Below, piece by piece: positions 13,671 through 25,600 of a DNA stretch of 64,000 nt. A program made the translations under genes and the position numbers. The stretch spans positions 1,295,854 to 1,359,853 of the forward strand of contig NW_019217800.1 in NCBI RefSeq assembly GCF_002571385.2, in the 5' to 3' direction. Below the pieces are notes generated by a model. That model was not told the DNA's origin. It saw nothing but the letters and a program-made list of their open reading frames with translations, and did not search any database. Source of the DNA: Stylophora pistillata (taxonomy: Eukaryota). How positions within the stretch are numbered: the first letter of the stretch is position 1; every line of letters starts with the position of its first letter.

Positions 13671-16600
13671 GGATCGGTTTTAAAACGGTGTCAAGGCTTG
13701 GTTATGACATGTTTTAAAGGATTGCTTTCAAAATCGTGTTAGAGATGGTTTGCTGAAAATGATGCTGTTTAATATGGATTTCAGTTTGAGAGAACTGAAC
13801 TGAAGAGGAAACTGGGGCTTAAGCATGATGTCAAAGCTGTTGACTACAGCGTCGATGGACATATTTATGGTAACTGTGTCACTTAATTAGCTCCAAGACC
13901 TTGTAATTCCATTGTAAAAGCCATTACATTGGATTTACTGCATTATATTTATGTATGGCAAAATTCTTTTTTAGTTCGAGATTCAAACCGCAAACTTAAT
14001 ACGTATTCCTTTTATCTCGTTCCTGTATTCGATAATCTTTTACTAATATCGGATGACAGAGACAGGCAACCGGACAATGAACAAATCAATCAGCTTCTTT
14101 TCAAGTGGTTTTGCCGCCACAGCTATGTTTAGTGCGGAAAGAATCCTATTCAGTCTCTGGACGAAGTATGGATAAATTTTTCTCTAATAATACAATACAA
14201 CCTCAGACGAGGGTCGAACATTTTTGTTAGTTAAATTTGAAAATCTTGGTTCCTTTTTTGTAATGAAGAACCAAATCACAGTAACGTCCTATTTCGCACA
14301 CATTTCAACTATGCTTTAACGCCTTCAAATTGATAATAATAAGACGCCTTTGGCAAACGAACAGAGAGCTAAGATTGCGAAAGCCGACGGGAGGAAAAAA
14401 ATTTCCAAAATACCTGATTTTTTTTTAAATGCGTATATGTGTTAGATATTATCAGATTTAAACATCTCATTTTGGATCCGAAAAAGTGAAACAACAGTCA
14501 GAAAACTGAAGATTTTCAAGCATTGTTTCCTCCAAAATGATGACTTTGACTAAGCACGTACATTAGCGGAATCAACCAAGAATATACAATCATCATAATG
14601 ACATATTTGACAAGCCAAGTGATATTTTATTTATCTGTTCTGAGATCGGAAAAACCACAATTTGCTTTCCCTATTCCCTCTTGTACAAGTGTTAAATTTT
14701 AATTAGCCTTGTGTAAATGACAAATCACCAGCTTGTGACAGTACACATTGCATCCATAAGCCGAGTTTATTTTGCTTTATTCTTGTGAGTGAAGGTGTCT
14801 GCCAGGTTTTCGCCATCGATCTAACAAACCGCTTGGGTGAAAGCAGTGAGTATAATTTCCATTCATGCTTTTCCTCGGGAAATGCCGCTTTCTAGTATTT
14901 TTCCAAATATGTAGGTTAAATAGTGGTGCGATAAGCTATTCTGATGTTGAATTATGTTCTTTGTGTCACATATATTTCAGTTACGCTGTCACAGTAATTC
15001 TAGCAAGTTACAATGCACCTTTATCTACCCTTTTTTTCGCTACCTTTTGAAAATTATGTTTTGTCTTATTAGGCCTAAGTAAATCACTGTTTCACGCACT
15101 CGTGATTATTTTGGTTATTCTATTGGCCTATGAATTTTAAACACATTTCTTGTGAGATATCCTGTTGTCTGACGTGTGAATATTGACAAAGATGCCTCGC
15201 TATAAAGTGGCCGCTGTCGAGCGGCCTCATAATACTGTTAGCATAACAATTTACGACTTATCATTTAGGAGGAAATGGAATTATTGTTAAGAGTTTCTAT
15301 TTAGATGACTTTGCGAATGAATCACATAATGATTGGAAATGTTATTACCACGAAGACTGTTAATCCTTAGTTCATCTGCATGTCCACGTTGATATCGAAT
15401 TTCTTTCAAAGGTTCGTGCATTTGTTCCGTTCCAAACCGATTAAAAAAAAAAATACTCAATGCTTTTCTTTTATTAATATGACCACATCAAAGTACCAAA
15501 ATTTGAAGATAAATTTTTACTTTCGCCGTGAGGTTTGATGACAGTAAGCTTAAAATGAGCCATCTTTCAATGTAAATTCAGATCGGTTATTGCGTTAGCC
15601 AGGTTTTAACAATTTTTACTTATATTACTATAATCCTACAAATGACTTACGGTCACTTATGATGGTCTTCATATTCACATATATGTATGCACAATTCTTT
15701 GTCTTTTCGTGAGCGCGCTGTGATAATTACTTTACATCAAGGAAGGCGGGTAAAGAGTTTTGTTAATGCTGCATCTACCTGTTTTGCTAACCCCACCAAA
15801 AGCCAGTTTTGTTTCGGAACAAAATAAGTGTGAATTCTTTACTGATTTGTGTGAGAATATTCTTATATAGAATAATTGATATAAGAGTCAGGACATTTAT
15901 CACAAACCAGGTATGGCGTTTTCTCGCATAAATATTTCTCCCATTGGCTAATTTGGTGTGATAATTTGATATAATGATTTGACTCATAAAATAAAAATTA
16001 TATAGCGTGGTACGACGGAAGGCATGCGGAAGAAAGTTCTGCAGTGTGGAGTCGTGTCTCTACTTTTTCGGTTAAATCTGCGTTTTTCAAATCCTCAGAA
16101 GAGTTAAGATCGTCTTCTATTTTCAGTTTTTGAAGGTGAGACAACGAACTAACTTTCCTTGTTGATCCACATCACACTACCCTAATTAGTCTTGAAGGTG
16201 GTCCAATTTTACTTTTGTTGAAGAAAACTATTAAGATGTCTGCTCCTGGGAAGAGAAATTAATGCTCCCAATGTTTTAGTCTGTTTGCATGCTCTAGAGT
16301 ATCACACGCCGATTGCTAGGGTACTATATCTCATCACCATGATATGACTGTAACTCTAAATCAATATAGCTTTTTTTTTTTCAATTCAAAATTCTGTGGT
16401 GTTTAGTTGACTTTTACAATAGGGTAATGTGTAATTGGTTCGGATGAAGTCCCATAACTAGCAAATGTCGCTTATTGATTTCTCTTGTCCGCTGACTGAA
16501 GTTTGGTCAAACGAAAGAAGTTGTTAGATGTAAACCAAAAATATCAAATTGTAGTAAACGCTAGATTAGAATTGAATGTACCTCAAAGCACCAAAGGAAA

Positions 16601-18964
16601 TATATAGCAAAGTGTTGAGGATAAATTCATGCAGTCAGAACGGCACTCTTTAGAACTAAATGGTGAGAATCATTACCTGCTCTACTGTTTCTGTGTTTAC
16701 TGCTTCACATTCAGGATTGTTAATGACTAAAATCCAACACTAAGATTTAGCCACGCAGCTTTCTTGCTTCGTGGCTTCTTCATAGGTAGCGGTTTAAATA
16801 ACTAGGGACAAAAATAAGACCACAGCAAAGAAAAAATAAACAAAGTAAAAGAAAAACAACATTTGACAGAACATAAAAAAAAAAAACTTCTAGCACGCGT
16901 GAAAGAATACAGCGGTCCTTTTTGTTTTTGGTTTGGGAATTAGTTACTACAGTCGATCCTCAACCTAAAGAATTTCTACTGTTACTTTGTTTACTTTGCT
17001 GATTTCACCTAACTTGTATTCCTGCAGCAGCATATCTCACCTTAGGTCTAATGCTCATTCACTTGTGACTATCAACGAGCTTATGTTTGTCCCCCAGCTC
17101 AGGCATGTTCCGGTACGTGTAAACTTAATTTCATGGAAAGAAAATGACCCAGGACTTGAAGAGCTCTTTCCTTACGCAGGAAATTCTTGCTCAACGCATG
17201 GCTCACTTAGTATTGCGTGTTTTCGTGTTTCTTTCTTAGACGACACATTAATATATTATTTTGGTGACCTTATTTTACATTCAGATGGGCGGTTAACACT
17301 TGTTTCGTCACACGTACCCATACAAATCTATTCAGTAGCCACGAAAAAATATACAATTATAATTATATAGACATACAGTATGGTGCTGACCGCCACTGGC
17401 GGTTAGAATCAGTATATTTGGCGCTTACAGCTTTTTTGAGGGAATCAAAGATTGTTATTGCAAATTGTACCTTTGTAGACTTTTTTAACCAACGCTGAAA
17501 ACTGGTATTCAATATTGAATTTTATCATATCATTCGCACGGTCTGGGTCACGTAATTCTATGGAATACTGAAAGCTGACGCACGTTGGATCGAACGGGTT
17601 GACATGAACCGTTTCGGGAATACCCGTCCCGAACCTCGCACACACGGATCCGTGTTGGTTGTAATCTCCTAGTGCGTGGATTTGAATAGTGGACTTAAAC
17701 TTGCAATAAAACAGAAATGAGAAGATAACTCACGTTTTTCGGTAAATTGTGAGTTTCTTGTTCTGACTCTAAGAAATAAAGGAAAATTTTTTATTGTAGA
17801 ATCTCCTTTTCTAGGTGTCTAGTGCGCTCCTTTTTATGTAATTAGTTGCGTTTTATTTGGTTTCAAACAAAATCTCAAACAGTTTTAAGACTTAGTGGTC
17901 ATACGATAAAATGCTTATTGACTGAGTTTGATTGGGCTACGCCGGAAAATATTTGGTTGAGGGTCATGACGCATAGACCGAATGCAGCAAAGTCCTTGCG
18001 TCATGACCTAACACCAAATATTTAACCGTCGGCCCTCCCACTCATTAAGTAAGTACACATTATGAGATAACAATGAGATTCGACTGTTTAAAATCTCACC
18101 TTCATGAAACCGCAAAATTTATCTTAACATGAGGAACTAATTCAGTTTGTAGTGGCATAAGAGATGATTTAAAAAGAAATTGCTTTCAAAACAATCTTCT
18201 CAAAGACAACATCAGTTTTATAAAATTCGAATAGTTTATACATATCCATGTGACGTAACTTTGAATGGGTAGTTTGTCCTTAAATGTCGATTAATGTTAT
18301 AAGGGAACATAGCGGGCCAAGGTTTTGTACAAATTGTCGAAAAGTTACGGTTTCTAAAGTCAGTGTGGATGAGTCACGGTATTAAACAAACTCCTTGGTT
18401 TTCTCGAGAGTAGCTTTTAGCGTTTCTCTCACCTCTTTCACAGTGTATTAAGACCCGGGTTTGCCAGCAAATCATGTTCATGACTTTACCCATCAGATTA
18501 CTGAATATTTTATTGCAAGTGGTGCGATAAGATTAAAAATCGCGTGTCAACTGTGAACTGACGTGTTGGGGAAAATCTCTTGTTTAAACCATCAAAGCCA
18601 GTTGAAAAGTCGCTAAGCTGATTACGTTAGAAAACAAAAAACCAAGTAACCGCGAGAGTCACATTCTTTGATCATTTTTATTCACGAAAAAATTGCAAAG
18701 TGATGGCGTGTTTACGAGAAAGGCCATTAATAATAAACTCGCGTAGGAGAAAATCCTCTCAGATTTTATCTGTCCTCTGTTTGCGATGAGAACCACGGAA
18801 TCACGAGAGGCTTTTCCAGTTATAAACTCTTTGAGTGTCCCTGAAAATCATATCATTCACACTTTTATCTGAAGTGGCTTTAAGAACACTATTCAACAAC
18901 TGCTGTTATATTTTCCAGGTTCGTGCCGTTGTGTTGTGGACGATTCCTATGAAAAGAAGACAAA

Positions 18965-19666
18965 ATGGATGCAAACTCCAGCGACGGCAGAATTATTGTT
19001 AATATCGCAAAGAAGAAACTAGGCGGAGTGGGTTTTGTGACGAGCAAGCGAAGCGAAAGTCCTTACCTCGTTGTGTCACACGTCGTTAAGGGAGGAGTAG
19101 CTCACGAGACGGGTTTGATACAAACTGGGGACGTCATTCTTGAATTGAATGGGAAGTCTCTGGAGAGCCTGCCCTACCATAGGGCGCTAGAGATTATCGA
19201 CAAAGTCCCCACCGGGGAGGTGATGGCGATCAAACTACGTGCCCAGGACGGATTTCAAGCGTATCTAGAAACGGTCTTTGACGACCAAGGTGCTGTAAAG
19301 ACGGTGCGAAAAACCAGGCCACAAACGCCAAAAACTCCAAAAGCTAACAAGAACGTTAACGGAGAGTTAAATGGTGAATCACATTCCGGTCAACCGCAGA
19401 CCACGCAAGTGGAGCCAGTTTCTACCATTGAAGAAGACACAGGAAAAGAGCCCCACGATGACAACGAACCTGAAGCGCCAACGTCTCAAAATATTACCAA
19501 CGGACATCCAGACAACGAACGTGAAATAGTCAAAGAGTCACCAGAATCCAAAGGATGCCCAGTCACCAACATTTTATCAAAACCGCAAAATCCAAAATAT
19601 GTCAGGTTACAGAATCTCCTCGATGGCAAGTACACGACAGACACACTACATCAAATGGCCATGATA
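18965..19666 (+). CDS. NOS: NOS exon 1 (coding): PDZ domain, beta-finger and linker
   Basis: Acceptor ttttccag ends 18918; in-frame TGA upstream of AAAATGG; GGVGF carboxylate loop, LETVF beta-finger, TDTLH; donor ATA|gtaagt. Confidence 0.95.
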
Positions 19667-22600
19667 GTAAGTTGCAATTTTTGTCACTTGAACGTGTCTA
19701 AATGGTAGTTGTCCTGATTGTCTTCTTAGTAAAGTGGGTTCTTATTCTTGAAACTAATCATATAGACTTTAATAGTTTCAGTTAGTAGTTTCAAAATATT
19801 TTAATGATTATCCATTTAGCCATCGCCACCCACTCCTTACCCAAACAATGACCTGCCCTTAAATTGTTGTAAATGTCTTCAACAGACTGTACATTGTTTT
19901 AATAGATAAAAGTGATGGAAAGTGCAGTATTAGCTAACGGGAGCTCCTCTTATAGGCTTGAATAAATCTTCGTCGTGAATTCCTGGAGATTCTCTTCTAC
20001 GCCCACCCGGAAAACAACAAAACAGTAATGATCAACAATTTCCCAGCAAATATATTTGTGGCATTTCCAAAATCAATAGTGAAAAAAGCGAAGTTAGTAG
20101 CGTTGAGTGAATACTAACGTCATTAAATATTTTCAACAGCATTCTCAGCACGGGTTAGAATGCTTTCGAGGGCTGGATTTTTTTCAAGCTTTTATTCAGC
20201 AATTGCTTAAGTTGCAGAGCAATTGCTTAAATTGCAATGCAATTGCTTTAATTGCAGAGCAATTCAGTGCTTAAATTGAAGTCCACCTGCAAGGATCAAT
20301 TTGCTTGACTTGATTTTCATTCGCAAGTTTATTTCAGTCTTAAAAAAAAACAAGGACTTTCAAGATACGTGGATGATCTGCCGCTCTCTATTTTAATAGA
20401 AAATTGTTTCCTTCAACTGTTTTGCTTGTTCTTCTTCCGTCTAATTAACCCTTTCGTTAAAAGCACGAGCGCTTCTGTACTTAAAAGTTACTTGGTGGTT
20501 GTAAACTAATGGAGCCTGACATTTGTAAAAACAGTTAGCGGACCAACCGTTATAACCAACAGCATACAAATGAATAAAGGCTGATAGTTTCGAAAGAAAC
20601 TGTTTGGGGCTGCGTCGGTGGGAGTAACGAAATAATTTGGATCATATCAACAAAGTTGAAATGGTAAATTGGCCACCGTAACGATTACAAAAGCTGACGT
20701 TTCGAGCGTTAGGCCTTCGTCGGAGCGAATAGAGGAATTGTGGGTTGTGTGTGCTTTTAAAGGCAGAAAATGGAGCTACGTTATTGGTGGGAACATGGCA
20801 ACGAGAAAAACATGAATAAATTAGTGGAATGAAAAGCGTTCGTTGATCCCTGTGGGATTTAGACTGCCGGTTTGAAAAATGAGCTTTTGTTCAAGATTTT
20901 TACGGCTTTCCGTGCCACCTAAGTGCAAGGAAAGACCGCAGATTGCCATATGTTGCTTAGAATGATTAGGTAAATTAAAATGTCTAGCGACTGGTTTCGA
21001 TGTGTCCTTGTCATTCCAACAGCACTTTGTTTGCATTTTCAGCCCATAAACTGCACTGCAGGCCGTTGTTTGGGGTCCTTGATGCAACCTTATGGAGGAG
21101 AGGCTGCTCCAAAGAGGCTTTATGGTGTACCACGACAACCAGAAGAGGTCATAGTTCACGCTAAGGATTTTCTCCAACAGTATTACGGAGGCATGAAACT
21201 GTGAGTTTAAAAAAAATAACGTTAGTATACCATGGTATTCATGACAAAAAAAAGAAACATTTGAGATTCATGTCACCCTTATAGAGTGAAACGTCACTCC
21301 CGAAGCCCCAATTTTCAATAGCAAGGTTATTTAGAAAGGTCAGGTAACTATTTTTTGAGAAACAGCTAGTTTTCAAAAATATTTATATGTGTAAATAAAG
21401 GGAATCGAGAAAATAACTTATATAACAATGACAAAGTATTAAGGAAAGAAACAAATCTTTTGTTTACGTCATGGATCGTAAGTGTAAACCAGGATTAAAA
21501 GGAAGCAGTCTTATGGTGACAGACATAGGTCTAAGTGTAGTGAAGACTTGGTACTCACTCTTCTTGTATAAAAAGCGTTTATTAGGGCTGAAGTTTTGTT
21601 GGGTTGTATCTAACTGTAAAGAAGTGCTGAAGGATATAGAATTATCAAAAGTAAAACTGTGTGAAGGGCTACAAGCTTCGAGGCTTAATAAAAGATGTTA
21701 CGGTAACTTTGCGTTAGCTTAATGATGGTCTGAACAGCTCTTCTCGAGGGGGTTTTCTGACCAAACAAGCCATCACTAAACAGTCCAACAGTCTTCGTTT
21801 ATTGTAAATTAATACCCGATTTCCCAATTGAGATAAGTTTCATTCGCGGATTTATGTTTTTTTTTTTTCAGTGAGAATAGTCCGGCCCACAAGTTGCGTT
21901 TAGGGGAGGTAATGAAGGAGATTGAAAAGACGGGGACCTATGACCTCACCGAAAAGGAACTTATCTTTGGATGTAGAATGGCTTGGAGAAATGCCCCTCG
22001 ATGTATAGGACGAATTCAGTGGAACAAACTTCAAGTACGTCACTGTGTTTCCCTCAGTAGCGTTAGCCCTTTAATCCCCATGAGTGATTAGAGGCACACT
22101 TATTCTTACGGTATCACCCCTAAATCAAACATTAAGGTTATGAAGATATAGGAAATGACAGCCGACTAAAGAGGTTCTTGATTGTCAAACAAATTCTACC
22201 TTTTGGTACCACAGGAAAAGTTAAGATGATAGGTTGAAGACTATTGATCAGTATCAGGGTGTAAAGGGTTTTAGAGCAAAGCAAATTAATAAGGATTACT
22301 ATGACGAGCTTGAAAATGTAGGCTGAACAGTTTAGAGATTTAGATAGCGTCACCCGCCTTCCTTTGATTTTGGATTTTTGCCGCTAGTGGCCGTTTTTGA
22401 TTTTGGCCACTGATGGCCGATTTTGGATTTTGGCTAGAAGTGGCCGATTATAGATTTTTGACATTAGCGGCCGATTATGGATTTTGGGCACTAGTGGCCG
22501 ATTTTTGATTTAGGCCATCAGTGGCTGATTTTGGATTTTGGACGATAGTTGTTCTTTCTGGAGTTTGGGGGCTAGAAAAATAATCAGATATTCCCTTATT

Positions 22601-25600
22601 TTTAATGATAGTAAAAGATAAAGGAGAACAATTTTTGGTAACGTTGATTGTGCTGTCTGAGTCGACAGTTTTTAAACAAACACGAACTTAATTTTACTGG
22701 AGCTTAGACCGTCAAAGTAAATTTCAGTTCTATTCAAACTTCTTCACTGCTGAGCTATTGGAATGATTAAAGGCTGATAGTTTCGAAAGAAACTGTTTGG
22801 GGCTGCGTCGGTGGGAATAACGAAATAATTTGGATATATCAACAAAATTGAAATGGTAAATTGGCCACCGTAACGATTACAAAAGCTGACGTTTCGAGCG
22901 TTAGCCCCTCGTCGGGGCGAAGGGCTAACGCTCGAAACGTCAGCTTTTGTAATCGTTACGGTGGCCAATTTACCATTTCAACTTTGTTGATATATCCAAA
23001 TTATATTGGAATGATTGCTTCGTGTTTATGTCCTTTCGTTTTTACAAGAAGTCTTTTCATTTGTTATAGGTATTTGACGCTCGACATGTGAATACACCCT
23101 CCGAAATGTTCGAGGCTATTTGTAAGCACATAAAGTACGGAACAAACAAGGGAAATATCAGGTGATTATGAAATATTTACGTTGTATTTAAGTATTTTTG
23201 TTGGTTCTATAAGTGTTTTCAATATCATAATTATCAGTAAAAAGAAAAAGAAATATTTAGGCTTTTCACTATTCAATAGCTTATTTGTCTCTGATCTATC
23301 ACCAGAACGTACATAACCGCACGCATCAACTTGCCACCAGATTGTCATATTGTTTGTGATTAGAGAGAGTTATATTGCGCCTTTCATTCAGAGCAGGGGA
23401 ACTGTATTGCTAACCAGTTTCGAGTCAACAAGCAGTGATCTGATGTTTTGGACAGAAAATTAATGAATTTATAGATGTTGGCCTCTATCCAACCTCCAAT
23501 TCTCATGACATAATTCTAATTTCGCTGCCGCTCTTTCATACACCAAAATGCGTAGCAGTAAGTGCGCTGGAATCCAGGGCCCGGTTGTTCGAACGGTTGG
23601 ATAACGCTATCCACTGGATAAATCTCTCTCCTTTGGAAAGCGTTATATGCGCTTTGAACAATTGGGCCTAGACCGAGAAATTCGGGTTTCGAGTCTTAGC
23701 TGGGTCATTGTGCCCTCTTCATTTTTGTTTTGCTTCTCTCCACCCGGGAATATAAATGAGAACATGTAAACTCTTGGGGAAAATTTGAAATAACTATTTT
23801 GAAGTGACCAGTGGGTAATCATTTTGCTAATCATTTGAATTTGTCTTGTTTTGTCGTTGCATCTCTTGATCTAAGGTCCACGATAACGGTTTTTCCTCAA
23901 AGGAAGACTTCTTTCAAAGACTTCCGCGTGTGGAATACACAGCTGATTCGTTATGCTGGATATAAAAAACCCGACGGTTCGTGCATTGGAGATCCTTCAA
24001 ACATTGAGTTCACGGAGGTAAAAATGGATTTGGCTCCGACAAACTTGCATCAGTTCCAACAAATGCAAAACTAGTTTGGGTTTTGCTCTTTCGATTTCCT
24101 TTGAGTCTTCTGTGCTTGTCAGCTGTGATTTGACGGTTCTAGTTACTTGTGTTTTGTTTTTAAGACAGTATGTTTTCAACAGATTTGTCAGACCCTTGGC
24201 TGGGAAGGAAAGGGAGGTCCTTTTGATGTTTTGCCTTTGATTCTTCAAGCTAACGGTGGAGAACCCGAAATGTTCGAGATTCCGCCTGAAATCGTACTCG
24301 AAGTGGAAATAAAGCACCCAAAGTAAGTCTCAGACACAATCGATTGTAATGGCAGATATTTTTAATAATTGCTGTTTGTTAATAGCACAAGGAAGTCAGG
24401 GGGAAATTTTCTGTGTCTGAAGAATAATCTTCCAATGTCACCATAAGTAACCGCGGATCCTTACATGTCTTGCTGCCTAGCTAATCAACGATGTATTTTC
24501 CTTGACACCATTAAGTGACGCATCTGTTTTTTTTTTTTTTATGAAGACTTGTCACATAATTCTGGAGAAAATTTGTCAGTATCAACGACAAAGATACTGG
24601 CCGAGGAAATTCTGAGTGGTTGAAGAGAAATTCCTCTCTAACATGAATTACTCGGCCTGTCAGTTTTTTTTCAAAGTTTTATGGCCAGCCATTTTCACTT
24701 GTCAAGAGTAACTGCTAAGAAAACTTTTGATGTTCCAGAATTAACTCGTCTTCATTCGTAATCACCTTCAGTGGTCAATACATTTAAAACGAATTCTGTG
24801 TGAACCTTCCCCTTTTCGCGACCCTGCCTGACCCTCCCCCAGAAGTGATCAATTTGTAACTTTTCCTTACCATATGATCGTCTCTGCCAAGGTATCCGTG
24901 GTTTGAAGAGCTGGGATTGAAATGGTATGCGCTTCCCGCAGTCTCTTGTCTTTGTCTTGATGTCGGAGGAGTAGAAATACCTGCATGTCCCTTTAATGGC
25001 TGGTAAGAAACAGAATACTATATGAGTAATTCTAAACCAAACACGAAAAAAGAACCAAATAAAGTCTGGCTTAAATTTTTGATTAAAAAAAAAAAAAAAT
25101 TGGTTTTCGTTTACCGGAATGTAAATAACACTGGACAGTTGTATTAAAAAGCGCTAGGTCATTTTATCGCTGTCTGTATCCATTTTCATAGGTACATGGT
25201 TACAGAAATTGGAGCACGAGATTTCGGTGATACAAACCGATACAATATGCTTAAGGTAGGTTACCCACGAAGAGAGGTAACAGAGACCATAATATAAGAA
25301 TTGAAAACACTCACCAAATATATCATTTATGTAACACTTGTGATACAAATTAAATTTTCATATGAAAAGTTTTATTTCTATTCTGTTCTTAACTCACTTT
25401 AAAGAGTTTTTAGTTTTGCTTTTTGTCTTCTCCCGCTCTCTTCCAAAGCCCGTAGCGCTGCGTATGGGTCTGGACACTAAGAGTAATGCTTCTCTCTGGA
25501 AGGATCTCGCTTTGGTGGAACTTAATCTGGCAGTGATGCACAGCTTCCAGGTTTGTCTGGACGATAACTCTTTCCACTTTAGCCAGTTACCACTCAAGTG

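Noticed and set aside
19552-19566. GCPV as a heme-regulatory CP motif
   Set aside because: Too short to support without conservation data.
22744-23091. Twin ORFs with near-identical N-termini on opposite strands ([13 protein letters not shown]...)
   Set aside because: Artefact of the inverted pLTR duplication; not genes.
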